Made by a program: the position numbers and the translations under genes
Shown here: piece by piece, positions 18,623-27,222 of the stretch
Layout: every line of letters begins with the position of its first letter
How positions within the stretch are numbered: the stretch's first letter is position 1
Assembly (NCBI GenBank): GCA_964533345.1
Contig: CAZHLX010000002.1
Coordinates: 1 to 48,971 of the forward strand
Direction: 5' to 3'
Source of the DNA: an uncultured Pseudomonadales bacterium
GTDB lineage: Bacteria > Patescibacteriota > Microgenomatia > UBA1400 > PJMF01
Length of the DNA: 48,971 bases
The notes under the pieces: generated by a model
Told to the model about the DNA's origin: nothing
What the model saw: only the letters and a program-made list of their open reading frames with translations
Database searches by the model: none

Positions 18623-19192
18623 TTAGTCTGCTTTAGCAGGTTTAATCTTAAGCTTCTTTTTCCAACCTAAATCAAGAGCAGACTCTATTTTTTTCTCAGC
18701 CTCTTCTAAATCCAAGCCCAACACGTGTGCTGTTTCTTGTTTAAATCGATTCATCACCATATAAAAAGTATTGCGCTTGCTGATTGTGAAATTCTTATCT
18801 TCATCTCTTTTCTCTTCCCAAAGTGTTTTAAGAACTTCAGATAATTCATGGAGAACATTATCACTGATAGTTCTCTTGACCTTCAATTGATTGAACTGGG
18901 CCTTAGTGTACTCACCTTGTCTTAAAAACTTTAGCTCTTCTTTCAAGGTAGTTTTATTGACTGGGAGCCTAATAGTGGTCTTATCAATATTTCCTAAGGG
19001 AATAGAGAGTTTAAGAGTTTCATTACGTCTAGTTTTGTAAAGAGGCTCAAAATAAATAATCTTATCTTTATCTCCATCGCTATTCTCAAACTTCTCTACT
19101 TTAGAAATTTTATGAACAACTCCAAACCTAATGATTACATCTCCTCTTTTTAGATCTTTTAATTCTTCAACCATAGATGGACATTCTAACAT
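18623..19192 (-). CDS. CarD/CdnL-like RNA-polymerase-binding regulator
   Basis: N-terminal LKRGDVIIRFGVVHKISKVEKF...YFEPL...LSIPLGNIDKTTIRLPV resembles the CarD_CdnL_TRCF domain. Confidence 0.55.
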   Translation of the reverse strand: MLECPSMVEELKDLKRGDVIIRFGVVHKISKVEKFENSDGDKDKIIYFEPLYKTRRNETLKLSIPLGNIDKTTIRLPVNKTTLKEELKFLRQGEYTKAQFNQLKVKRTISDNVLHELSEVLKTLWEEKRDEDKNFTISKRNTFYMVMNRFKQETAHVLGLDLEEAEKKIESALDLGWKKKLKIKPAKAD

Positions 19193-19229
19193 AGCCTGTC
19201 CAGAGGAGTAAGTATGTCATGCAATAAAC

Positions 19230-19266
19230 TTGCACAGAATTACTAATGAGACTACAATCTGTAGTA
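19230..19266 (+). promoter_or_regulatory. Sigma70-type promoter TTGCAC-17-TACAAT with an overlapping 16-bp palindromic operator O1 (ACTACAATCTGTAGTA, 19251-19266)
   Basis: The -35 is at 19230-19235 and the -10 at 19253-19258. The inverted repeat ACTACA-N4-GTAGTA contains the TACA/TGTA core typical of BlaI/MecI/CopY boxes. The ATG at 19266 is 7 nt after the -10. Confidence 0.5.
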
Positions 19267-19604
19267 TGTCAAATGATATGAGTTGCTGCTTAGGACCTCT
19301 AGAGAGAGAGATACTGGAAATTTCATGGGAAAAAGATTGTCCTAGTGTTAAGTGTGTTTTAGTTGAGCTTAATAAATCAAGAAAAAAAACTGACAAACTT
19401 GCCTATACTACAGTTATGACCATCATGAAGAGATTGGTTAAGAAGAAAATTTTAGTCAGAAAGAAAGATGGTCGCTGTTATCGTTATGAAACAAAAGAGA
19501 CGAAAGAAGAGTTTGTCAGAAGAGTCAGTAGTTGCACTATCCAAAGTCTAAAAAGCAAATTTGGAGATGTTGCAATTGAAGCCTTGAGAAAAGAACTAAA
19601 ATAA
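19266..19604 (+). CDS. BlaI/MecI/CopY-family winged-helix repressor
   Basis: LGPLEREILEISWEK...SVKCVLVEL...KLAYTTVMTIMKRLVKKKILVRKKDGRCYRYE is the penicillinase-repressor fold. I moved the start from the track's TTG at 19230, which is the -35 box, to ATG 19266. ATG 19278 is an alternative. Confidence 0.75.
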   Translation: MSNDMSCCLGPLEREILEISWEKDCPSVKCVLVELNKSRKKTDKLAYTTVMTIMKRLVKKKILVRKKDGRCYRYETKETKEEFVRRVSSCTIQSLKSKFGDVAIEALRKELK

Positions 19605-19612
19605 TATATTTC

Positions 19613-19631
19613 CAATGGTTGACAACCATTG
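19613..19631. promoter_or_regulatory. Perfect 19-bp palindrome CAATGGTTG-A-CAACCATTG centred on a TTGACA -35 box
   Basis: All 9+9 positions pair when checked base by base. No U-tract follows, so a DNA-binding site is more likely than a terminator. Confidence 0.4.
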
Positions 19632-19656
19632 CTTGGAGACACTACACTCCGTAGTA
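19619..19656 (+). promoter_or_regulatory. Promoter TTGACA-18-TACACT for dsbA-ccdA with operator O2 (ACTACACTCCGTAGTA, 19641-19656) over the -10
   Basis: O2 matches O1 at 14 of 16 positions and has the same arms, ACTACA...GTAGTA. An AAAGGA Shine-Dalgarno and the ATG at 19680 lie downstream. Confidence 0.5.
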
Positions 19657-19679
19657 CTCTTACACGAAAGGATTTTCTA

Positions 19680-20429
19680 ATGTCTAACAGTTATTCACCT
19701 AATAGTACAAAAAATTTTGTAATAGATAATTTTGGTCTCATCTTTTTAGCGGTGGCCTTTTTTGTGGGGGGCTTCTTTACAGGTTCCATGTGGACCGAAA
19801 ATAAAATGATGAAATCTGATACTGTTGTTCAAGTAGAAAAAGAAGCTGATCAGAAACCAACAGAAGAAAAAAATAATCTTGACCAAATGCCACAAATTAA
19901 TGGTGATGATCATTTCAGAGGAGCAAAAAATCCAAAGATCTACTTAGTTGAGTACTCAGATTATGAATGCCCATTCTGTCAGAAGTTCCACCCCACTATG
20001 GAACAAGTTGTGGAGAAATATGGTGATCAAGTAGCTTGGGTCTTTAGACACTACCCACTTAGTTTTCATCCTAATGCTCAACCATCGGCTGAAGCTGCTG
20101 AGTGTATTGCTGACAGAAATGGAAATGATGCATTCTGGTCATTTACTGATGAAATATTCGCTCAAAATGAAAAATTGGGTGGCAAGCTAAGTTCCGAAGC
20201 CATAGATGCAGCCATTACTGCTAGTGGGGCTGATCTCCAGGAGATAAAAACATGTATTGATAATGGTGAAATGACCGATATTGTTTCAGCACACCAAACT
20301 GGTGGAGCCGCAGCAGGAGTTTCTGGTACTCCAGGAACTGTATTGGTAACAACCGATGGCCAATATGAGCTAATTGGTGGAGCTTTACCATTCGCACAAG
20401 TTGAACAAATAATTCAAAAATACTTGTAA
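19680..20429 (+). CDS. Membrane-anchored DsbA/BdbD-like thiol:disulfide oxidoreductase (CPFC)
   Basis: An N-terminal TM anchor is followed by VEYSDYECPFCQKFHP...FRHYPLSFHPNA...GVSGTPGTVL (the cis-Pro loop). I chose ATG 19680 over the track's TTG at 19629, which lies inside the promoter. Confidence 0.8.
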   Translation: MSNSYSPNSTKNFVIDNFGLIFLAVAFFVGGFFTGSMWTENKMMKSDTVVQVEKEADQKPTEEKNNLDQMPQINGDDHFRGAKNPKIYLVEYSDYECPFCQKFHPTMEQVVEKYGDQVAWVFRHYPLSFHPNAQPSAEAAECIADRNGNDAFWSFTDEIFAQNEKLGGKLSSEAIDAAITASGADLQEIKTCIDNGEMTDIVSAHQTGGAAAGVSGTPGTVLVTTDGQYELIGGALPFAQVEQIIQKYL

Positions 20430-20431
20430 AA

Positions 20432-21184
20432 ATGCCTGATCTAAGCCTGCTAGATGGTTCTGAAGTTAATTTATTGATAGCTTTTTTAGCGGGAGTCATC
20501 ACTTTCTTTGCAAGTTGCCTACTACCCTTAGTTCCAACTTATTTAGCTTACCTATCTGGAGTCTCATTGAATGATGCTGATAATGGGCAACAAAGATGGA
20601 GAATATTTCAAACAGGTTTACTATTTGTAATTGGTTTCATCTCCACTTTTGTTCTACTGGGACTGGCTGCAAGTCAGTTCGGAGGACTAATCAACTCTTA
20701 TAGAGATATCGTAGAAAAAGTTGCTGGCGTTTTATTTGTCTTGCTTGGATTATTCATGCTGGGAGTTTTTAAAAGTTCTTTTTTAAGTAAAGAAAGGAAG
20801 TTCAACCTCCATGGAAGATTTCAACAATACAAATCTTTACATGCAATATTAACAGGAGTAGCCTTTGGGTTTGGCTGGACACCATGCATTGGTCCTGTAT
20901 TGGCTGTAATCTTATTTTGGGCTGCCCAAGCAGACTCATCTCTAAAAGGAGCCCTTCTACTAACTGTCTACGGGATTGGGTTGGGGATACCCTTTTTGAT
21001 AATTTCACTTGGATTTGAGAAAATTATTCCCTGGTTAAAGAGAAATGCTCATATCTCTAAAGTAACTAATCTTATTTCTGGAATTATTATTCTGCTCGCT
21101 GGAATTTTACTAATCAAAGGTGACTTCCAAGAGCTTTCACTTTTTATCTTAAGACTCTTCAACCTAGAGGGACTATCCATCTAA
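20432..21184 (+). CDS. ccdA: Cytochrome c biogenesis/thiol-reductant transfer protein CcdA (DsbD TM-domain family)
   Basis: Six TM helices carry the two conserved cysteines (FFASCLLPLVP and WTPCIGPVL). The start is 2 nt after the dsbA-like stop. Confidence 0.85.
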   Translation: MPDLSLLDGSEVNLLIAFLAGVITFFASCLLPLVPTYLAYLSGVSLNDADNGQQRWRIFQTGLLFVIGFISTFVLLGLAASQFGGLINSYRDIVEKVAGVLFVLLGLFMLGVFKSSFLSKERKFNLHGRFQQYKSLHAILTGVAFGFGWTPCIGPVLAVILFWAAQADSSLKGALLLTVYGIGLGIPFLIISLGFEKIIPWLKRNAHISKVTNLISGIIILLAGILLIKGDFQELSLFILRLFNLEGLSI

Positions 21185-21197
21185 CAAGCATTGCTCA

Positions 21198-21206
21198 TGC
21201 TAGAAT
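21198..21206 (+). promoter_or_regulatory. Extended -10 element TGCTAGAAT, 8 nt upstream of the MFS ATG (candidate leaderless transcript)
   Basis: TGn+TAGAAT at 21198-21206, ATG at 21215, and no Shine-Dalgarno in the 8-nt gap. Confidence 0.35.
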
Positions 21207-21214
21207 AGCTCTTT

Positions 21215-22387
21215 ATGACTTGGAAAAGAGAACATACTATTATCGGAGCGATTAAGGTCACTGAAGTTCTCGGTTTTTCTCTTATTCTTCCATTCTTACC
21301 CTTCTATGCTCAAAGCTTGGGTGCTAACCCTTTTCAAGTAGGATTGGTACTAATGACCTTTTCTCTATTTCAGTTTATCTCTGCACCAATCATGGGAAAG
21401 CTAAGTGATGCCTATGGAAGAAGACCTCTGTTAATAATTTCTCAAATCTCTACTTTCGTAAGTTTCATTATTCTAGGTTTTGCTAATAACCTTTGGATGC
21501 TTTTTCTATCAAGAATAATAGATGGTTTGTTTGGGAGTAATTTTACAATTGCTCAGGCATACCTAAGTGATATCACTCCCAAGAATGATCGCACTAAAAT
21601 CTACAGTCTTACTGGAATCTCATTTAGTATTGGCTTTTTTATTGGTCCAGCATTAGGAGGTTACTTATCAAAATTTAGTTTCTCTTTGCCTTCATTTCTA
21701 GCTGCAGCGATGGCTCTGATAACTATCATCACTACTTATGTTTATTTGCCAGAAACAGTGACTCGTAAAAAAAGATTTGTTTGGTCATGGGAAATTTTGA
21801 AACTCAAAAGATTTTCTCTTTTAAGAGAAAAGCCAGCAATATCTTTACCTCTATGGGAGTTCTTTCTCTATGTACTAACTCATGGTTTATGGGTGAGTAG
21901 TTTTGCCCTCTATGCTGAGAGGCAGCTAGGATTTGACTCAGAGGCTACCGGGTATCTATTTGCAGTAATTGGTGGAGTTAGTATCTTTATTAAGGGACTA
22001 ATTCTCCCACAACTACTTAAAAGATTTAATGAGGACAAACTCCGTATCTGGGGAGCAATCTTAATTGTACTTTCTTTAGTAATAACTCCTTTTATCCAAT
22101 TTGGATACCTATTAACAATCTCAACAATCATGTTTACTTTTGGCGCCAGTATTCTTAGACCAAGCTTAACAGCTCACATTTCTAGAAATGCTCCAGAGAA
22201 AAAACAAGGTGAGATGATGGGAATCACTGATTCGTTAGGAAGTATTTCTCAGATAATTGGACCATTTGTTGGAGGATTCTTGATCAAAAATTTCTTTCCT
22301 GGAAGTCTAGGAATAGCAGCAGCTAGTATTATGATGATCGGTCTAGTTATCTTAATAATGGATAAAAGAATAATTTCTAAAAGTTAG
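21215..22387 (+). CDS. MFS transporter (12-TM, drug/H+ antiporter-like)
   Basis: MFS motif A-like GKLSDAYGRRPLL plus about 12 hydrophobic helices. Confidence 0.8.
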   Translation: MTWKREHTIIGAIKVTEVLGFSLILPFLPFYAQSLGANPFQVGLVLMTFSLFQFISAPIMGKLSDAYGRRPLLIISQISTFVSFIILGFANNLWMLFLSRIIDGLFGSNFTIAQAYLSDITPKNDRTKIYSLTGISFSIGFFIGPALGGYLSKFSFSLPSFLAAAMALITIITTYVYLPETVTRKKRFVWSWEILKLKRFSLLREKPAISLPLWEFFLYVLTHGLWVSSFALYAERQLGFDSEATGYLFAVIGGVSIFIKGLILPQLLKRFNEDKLRIWGAILIVLSLVITPFIQFGYLLTISTIMFTFGASILRPSLTAHISRNAPEKKQGEMMGITDSLGSISQIIGPFVGGFLIKNFFPGSLGIAAASIMMIGLVILIMDKRIISKS

Positions 22388-22388
22388 C

Positions 22389-23264
22389 TTACAAAATCAT
22401 ACTTTCATTCTCAAATTTTGATTCATCTTTATTTAAGATATATACATCTTGGTTATATTCATTAACTCCGACCTTCTCAGCTTCACCAGCAACAACTTTT
22501 TCTAAGGATCTACAGTGAAAACAACCTCCGTCTCCTTGTGGACATTTAAATCTTTCTAGCTTGCGAGCTAACTTAATCTGCTTAGCAATTGCTAATACTT
22601 CATCATGGGCTTCCACTAAGTCAGGTAAAACCTGTTCTTTAGGTTCATCATATATGCCTAGATACCAATAGCTGGCTTTGCTGACTTTTCTCTGCTGTGT
22701 ATTGTGAACTAACAAGTGATAAATTGGCAGCTGAAGTGATCCATTTTGGTCTTCTTTTTTACTGGTTTTAAAATCGATAATGTGAACTGAGTCAGAATCA
22801 GGTAAGTACTCTAACCAATCTACCTTTCCACACAAAATAATTTCATCTTCTTCTGACAACCAATATTGAGGTAAGTCTTCTTTAATCTTCACTGCCAAGT
22901 TATCTAAAGGACCGTGATTATTTATCACTCGACGTAACATCTCCTCACCACGATCTTTATATATTTTTTCCTGACTTTCACTATTAAACCCACCCTTTTT
23001 ACCCTGATATTTTTTCCAAACCTCATCAAACTTTTCTATCAAAGATTCTTTGAACCGTTCAGTTGTAGGAATAACAGATAAATTTTCTACTACTTCATGA
23101 ACTGCAGCTCCTAAAGCTAGAGGAGCACTCATTAACTGAATTTTTCTTCCAGTTTCTGGATTCTTATAAACATTATTTAAGTAATAAGCTCGAGGACATT
23201 TTATAAAATCGCTAATAGAACTATGAGAAACCCAGGTTGCAGTAAACTTATCAGGCATAATCAT
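22389..23264 (-). CDS. PD-(D/E)XK nuclease, Cas4/AddB-like with a four-cysteine cluster
   Basis: An N-terminal Cys (KCPRAYYL), the catalytic-like GKVDWLEY...IIDFKTSK (D...D/E-x-K), and a C-terminal C-x6-C-x2-C (CPQGDGGCFHC). Confidence 0.65.
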   Translation of the reverse strand: MIMPDKFTATWVSHSSISDFIKCPRAYYLNNVYKNPETGRKIQLMSAPLALGAAVHEVVENLSVIPTTERFKESLIEKFDEVWKKYQGKKGGFNSESQEKIYKDRGEEMLRRVINNHGPLDNLAVKIKEDLPQYWLSEEDEIILCGKVDWLEYLPDSDSVHIIDFKTSKKEDQNGSLQLPIYHLLVHNTQQRKVSKASYWYLGIYDEPKEQVLPDLVEAHDEVLAIAKQIKLARKLERFKCPQGDGGCFHCRSLEKVVAGEAEKVGVNEYNQDVYILNKDESKFENESMIL

Positions 23265-23267
23265 ATT

Positions 23268-25100
23268 CTAAAGCAAAGATCTAACTTTCTCTACGATAGC
23301 TTGAGCATCAATTTGAGCTAACTCTAACAACTCTGTTGGCTGACCACTTCGAGGTTGTTCTTTAACAAATAGCGAATACACAGGGGTACTTTGATTCACT
23401 AAAGCCGCCATGACTGCTTCTCCAATTCCACCTGCTTGATAATGATCTTCTACTGTGATGATCGCTTGAGTTTCTTGAGCAGCTTTATTTAATGAAATTA
23501 AATCTAAAGGCTTGATACTATAAAGATCAATTACTCTAATGTTTATTTGATGCTTACGAAGCTGCTTATAAGCTCTGACAGCCTCGTGCAGAGTTACCCC
23601 AGCTCCAACAACAGTCACTTTATCTCTACTAGATTTATAGATAGTTTTGCTTCCACCAATTTCGAACTTATCATCATCTTTATAAATAATAGGGGTATCC
23701 ATTCTAGTAGTCCGCAAATAAAAGATTCCTTTGTTTTTAGCCATGACATCAACAAGTTTCTCTATACTGATGGCATCACTTGGATAAAAAACAACACTTT
23801 TATCAATTGATCTCATCATCGAGATATCTTCCAAACCCATCTGTGAGAAACCATCTTCCCCTATAGAAACCCCAGCATGTGAGCCAACTACCTTCAAATT
23901 AGCTTGAGAATAAGCTGCCATTCTAATTTGATCAAATGTTCTAGTAAAAAAGGCACTGAAAGTAGAAACGAAAGGAATCTTACCCATCTTAGATAGACCT
24001 ACTCCAACACTAACCATATTCTGCTCAGCAATAAACATCTCAAAGAATCTATCTGGAAAAACTTTTTTAAACAATTCTGAGTAAGTGGAGTTACTTACTT
24101 CAGCATCAAGAGCAACAATCTTTTCATTTTCAGCTCCCAATTTCAATAGAGCATTCCCATAAGCTTTACGAGTTGCTAATTTCTTTTTCTGAGGTTTAAT
24201 AAGTTCTTTTTTTAGATCAGTCTTCTCAGACTTCATCCTAGAAATTTTGGCCTTTTCAGGGAGCTTAACTTCTCCTTTTAAGCTAATATCTATATCTCCC
24301 AACTCAATTAGAGCTTGTTGTAATTTATCTTCAGTTAGAGCTTTTCCATGCCAATTATCTTGATCAGCTAAAAAAGAAATTCCTTGACCTTTGATTGTCT
24401 TGGCGACAATCATTACCGGTGAGTTTTTTACTTGGTTAGCTTTTTGATAAGCTTTTTTTATCTCAGATAGATCATGTCCATTGATGACTATTGTTTCCCA
24501 ACCAAAAGCTCGAGCTTTATATGCGTAATCGTTAACATCATGCCCTTGCTGGGTTTCCCCTCTCTGACCTAAACGATTTACGTCAATAATCGCAATTAAA
24601 TCATCTAGTTTATAGTGTGCGGCCAGCTGCATCGCCTCCCAGATCTGTCCTTCTGCCATCTCACTATCACCTAATAAAACATAAGTTTTATAAGAAAGAT
24701 TGTCCAAATACTTTGCATTTAAGGCTATTCCTACTCCCACAGACAAACCTTGACCCAATGAGCCGGTTGCCGCCTCAGTATAGGGAAAACGCATGCTGGG
24801 ATGACCTTCTAATGGGCTATCTATTCTTCTTAATTTCTTTATCTCAGACTCTGTCAACTTTCCTGCGACAGCATAAAGGGAATAAAACAAAGGTGAGGCA
24901 TGACCTTTAGAAAAAATCAGTCGATCATTATTATGATAATTAGGATTTTCCAAAGAAAATCTAAAAAAACCACCAAAAAACAATGTCCCCATTAACTCAA
25001 CTGCGGATAAAGATGAAGTAAGATGCCCAGATTTGGCTGCTGAAGTTGAGATCAGACAATAATAACGCAGCAACTTAAACAACTGGGACAGATTAGCCAT
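23268..25100 (-). CDS. tkt: Transketolase
   Basis: GHLTSSLS, SKGHASP, GSLGQGLSVGVG and GDSEMAEGQIWEA (ThDP binding), followed by the pyrimidine-binding and C-terminal domains. Confidence 0.9.
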   Translation of the reverse strand: MANLSQLFKLLRYYCLISTSAAKSGHLTSSLSAVELMGTLFFGGFFRFSLENPNYHNNDRLIFSKGHASPLFYSLYAVAGKLTESEIKKLRRIDSPLEGHPSMRFPYTEAATGSLGQGLSVGVGIALNAKYLDNLSYKTYVLLGDSEMAEGQIWEAMQLAAHYKLDDLIAIIDVNRLGQRGETQQGHDVNDYAYKARAFGWETIVINGHDLSEIKKAYQKANQVKNSPVMIVAKTIKGQGISFLADQDNWHGKALTEDKLQQALIELGDIDISLKGEVKLPEKAKISRMKSEKTDLKKELIKPQKKKLATRKAYGNALLKLGAENEKIVALDAEVSNSTYSELFKKVFPDRFFEMFIAEQNMVSVGVGLSKMGKIPFVSTFSAFFTRTFDQIRMAAYSQANLKVVGSHAGVSIGEDGFSQMGLEDISMMRSIDKSVVFYPSDAISIEKLVDVMAKNKGIFYLRTTRMDTPIIYKDDDKFEIGGSKTIYKSSRDKVTVVGAGVTLHEAVRAYKQLRKHQINIRVIDLYSIKPLDLISLNKAAQETQAIITVEDHYQAGGIGEAVMAALVNQSTPVYSLFVKEQPRSGQPTELLELAQIDAQAIVEKVRSLL

Positions 25101-25128
25101 AATTTAAGGGTATCACAAGGCTCAGCTT

Positions 25129-25557
25129 TTAGCGTGAGACACTAATAGTCTCACTGTTCTCAGCATCATCAGCTGTCACAGTGACAATATTATTTGAATC
25201 TACCTCAATACTGTAACCAGTATTGGCAGCAGTTCCATTTTCTGGATCTAAAGGCATGGTTTTAAGATAAGGTGCTAAAGGAGTACTTAGATCATCACAC
25301 CCAGTACAACTTCCAAGCTCTGTTGATGCTTGACCCGTAGCCAAACCAGTAGGCAGATTGCCATCATTATCAACAATGTATTCATGGGTAGCCGTCAGGA
25401 TACTATTAACATCATTCCAGCGCCGAGAGTTGCGAGCATCACCAAAGCGAGTAACTGGATCAAGCGCCACAAATACTACTGCTGCCAGCAAGGCGATAAT
25501 AGCAATAACAACTAAGATTTCAATTAGGGTAAAACCTTTTTGGAATGTTTTTTTCAT
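25129..25557 (-). CDS. Type IV pilin (probable major subunit), with a prepilin-type N-terminal cleavage/methylation signal
   Basis: MKKTFQKG|FTLIEILVVIAIIALLAAV has Gly-1, Phe+1 and Glu+5. It is a small 142-aa protein and the last gene of the pilus array. Confidence 0.85.
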   Translation of the reverse strand: MKKTFQKGFTLIEILVVIAIIALLAAVVFVALDPVTRFGDARNSRRWNDVNSILTATHEYIVDNDGNLPTGLATGQASTELGSCTGCDDLSTPLAPYLKTMPLDPENGTAANTGYSIEVDSNNIVTVTADDAENSETISVSR

Positions 25558-26820
25558 TTATTCTGTCTCCTTATTTTTTCCAACTACCACTATCACATCA
25601 TAGTCAGCATCACTGGTCAAGACTTCTTGACTAAGAACTATCTCATAGTCGCTATTTAATGCTCTTTCTAGATCATCAAAAATTTGATCTGGAATACTCT
25701 CTTTTAACTGAATCTCTGTCTCTTCATAATCATAGTTATCTGCATTGCCTGTTTCAAAATTCTCAAAGCCTTCTGCTGCTAGAATGTCTTCCACTACTCC
25801 TGCTTCTCCACTAATTCCACTCCCATTTAAAATTTGAACGAAATACTGAGCTAAATCAACTGATTCAGATGAGGGTGAGGGGTATACTTCTTCTTCAATA
25901 AGCACTTCTGTTTCTTCTATAACTACTGGCATTTCTTCTTGATTTTTTTCACTTGGTTGAAGAACATTAAAACTCTCCGGCAACCAGCCTCTAAAACTTA
26001 ATAAAGCTAGGAGCAATATACCCAATGCTGGAATGAGCGCTAACATTTTTACATTTTTACTGAGAGATTTCCTCTCTTTATCATCATTATTTTCTCTAAT
26101 CCTAGGCTTTGCTTTTTTTTCAATCACTTCATTCTTATCTTGCATTTTTACAATTCCCACCATGGGATGAAGATCTCTTTGTTTGAGATCTTTTACCTCC
26201 ATGTCATATCTTTCCCTAACAAAAATCATTAGAGATCCAATCTCTTTTTTAGGTTCAGAAGTATTCAAAGATTCTGAGCCAATTACTGCAGATTGATTTA
26301 CCACAACTGCCAAATTCCTATAACCTTGATAAATTAAAAGAATTGACTCTTTTTTAAACTTTATCTGACTAGCTAAAGCTAAACTTAAAGGTTCAACTCT
26401 ATTTACCTTAATATCTACTTCTTTAAAAGCTGCCATTATTTTTTCATATCTTTCTGTCACAAAAGCTGAAACTTGAATGGTAGTTTTATCCTCAGTCTTA
26501 TTCAAAATACGATGATGCCAATTTAAACCAGAAATATCTTCTGGAATTCTCTCTATAACTAGTTGTTTGAGAGCATCTACTAATAACTCATCCTTTTTCA
26601 GAGAAATCTGCTCATAGAGTACATATGAAAGATCATCACCTAAAATCACATAGGCTGATCTTCCAAAGGTTGATTTAATTTCTTTAAAGATAGGCTCGAA
26701 ATCTTCTTCTTTCCAAGATTCAGCTAGTAACTGCTCATTCTTGACCTGATCTCCCACAACCTGCCCGACTCGGATAGTCTCTCTATCTAGATAGATAACA
26801 GTTTTTTTTTGATTAAACAT
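25558..26820 (-). CDS. Pilus assembly protein: PilM/PilN-like N-terminal part, central TM helix, C-terminal LytR_C-like domain
   Basis: The cytoplasmic N-terminal region is about 250 aa. It is followed by a TM helix (MLALIPALGILLLALLSF) and a C-terminus VQILNGSGISGEAGVVEDILAAEGFENFETGNADNYDYEETEIQ, typical of the LytR cell-envelope C-terminal domain. Start and stop directly abut the flanking pilus genes. Confidence 0.45.
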   Translation of the reverse strand: MFNQKKTVIYLDRETIRVGQVVGDQVKNEQLLAESWKEEDFEPIFKEIKSTFGRSAYVILGDDLSYVLYEQISLKKDELLVDALKQLVIERIPEDISGLNWHHRILNKTEDKTTIQVSAFVTERYEKIMAAFKEVDIKVNRVEPLSLALASQIKFKKESILLIYQGYRNLAVVVNQSAVIGSESLNTSEPKKEIGSLMIFVRERYDMEVKDLKQRDLHPMVGIVKMQDKNEVIEKKAKPRIRENNDDKERKSLSKNVKMLALIPALGILLLALLSFRGWLPESFNVLQPSEKNQEEMPVVIEETEVLIEEEVYPSPSSESVDLAQYFVQILNGSGISGEAGVVEDILAAEGFENFETGNADNYDYEETEIQLKESIPDQIFDDLERALNSDYEIVLSQEVLTSDADYDVIVVVGKNKETE

Positions 26821-27219
26821 TTATATTTCTTGCCAGGTTAAAATATTTATACTTTGACCGGTTCTTTTTACAGTCAACTGTAATTGACGAACAAACTGAG
26901 GAGGACCACTGATTGTTCCCGTCACATCAATAGTTCTATCACTGCCTGCCCCAATCACATTAATAGTACAAGAACCATTACCTACCTGCAACGATCCACC
27001 TGAATAATTTACGTCATCACGTAAACGCAACAATGACTCTTCGACACAACTTTCAGCTACTTTAAGAACCTCTGCTCCTTTTTTATAAGTGAGTGAGTTT
27101 TGAGCTTCACCTATTCCAATCATACTGATCGAAACTGCTATTGCTAAAGCTACTGCAGAAATAATCAATAAGCTTGAAATTGCCATTAATCCAGCTTGTT
27201 TTTTATTAGTGTTTTTCAT
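26821..27219 (-). CDS. PilX_N-like minor pilus protein (N-terminal hydrophobic helix without Glu+5)
   Basis: KKQAGLMAISSLLIISAVALAIAVSISMIG resembles PilX N-terminal segments. Position within the pseudopilin block also supports the call. Confidence 0.45.
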   Translation of the reverse strand: MKNTNKKQAGLMAISSLLIISAVALAIAVSISMIGIGEAQNSLTYKKGAEVLKVAESCVEESLLRLRDDVNYSGGSLQVGNGSCTINVIGAGSDRTIDVTGTISGPPQFVRQLQLTVKRTGQSINILTWQEI

Positions 27220-27222
27220 AGT

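Noticed and set aside
19613-19631. The 19-bp perfect palindrome after the repressor gene, considered as an intrinsic terminator
   Set aside because: The two arms are separated by a single nucleotide, so an RNA hairpin would have to sacrifice stem pairs. No U-tract follows (the next bases are CTTGGAGAC). The palindrome centres on a TTGACA -35 box, so I treat it as a possible protein-binding site instead.
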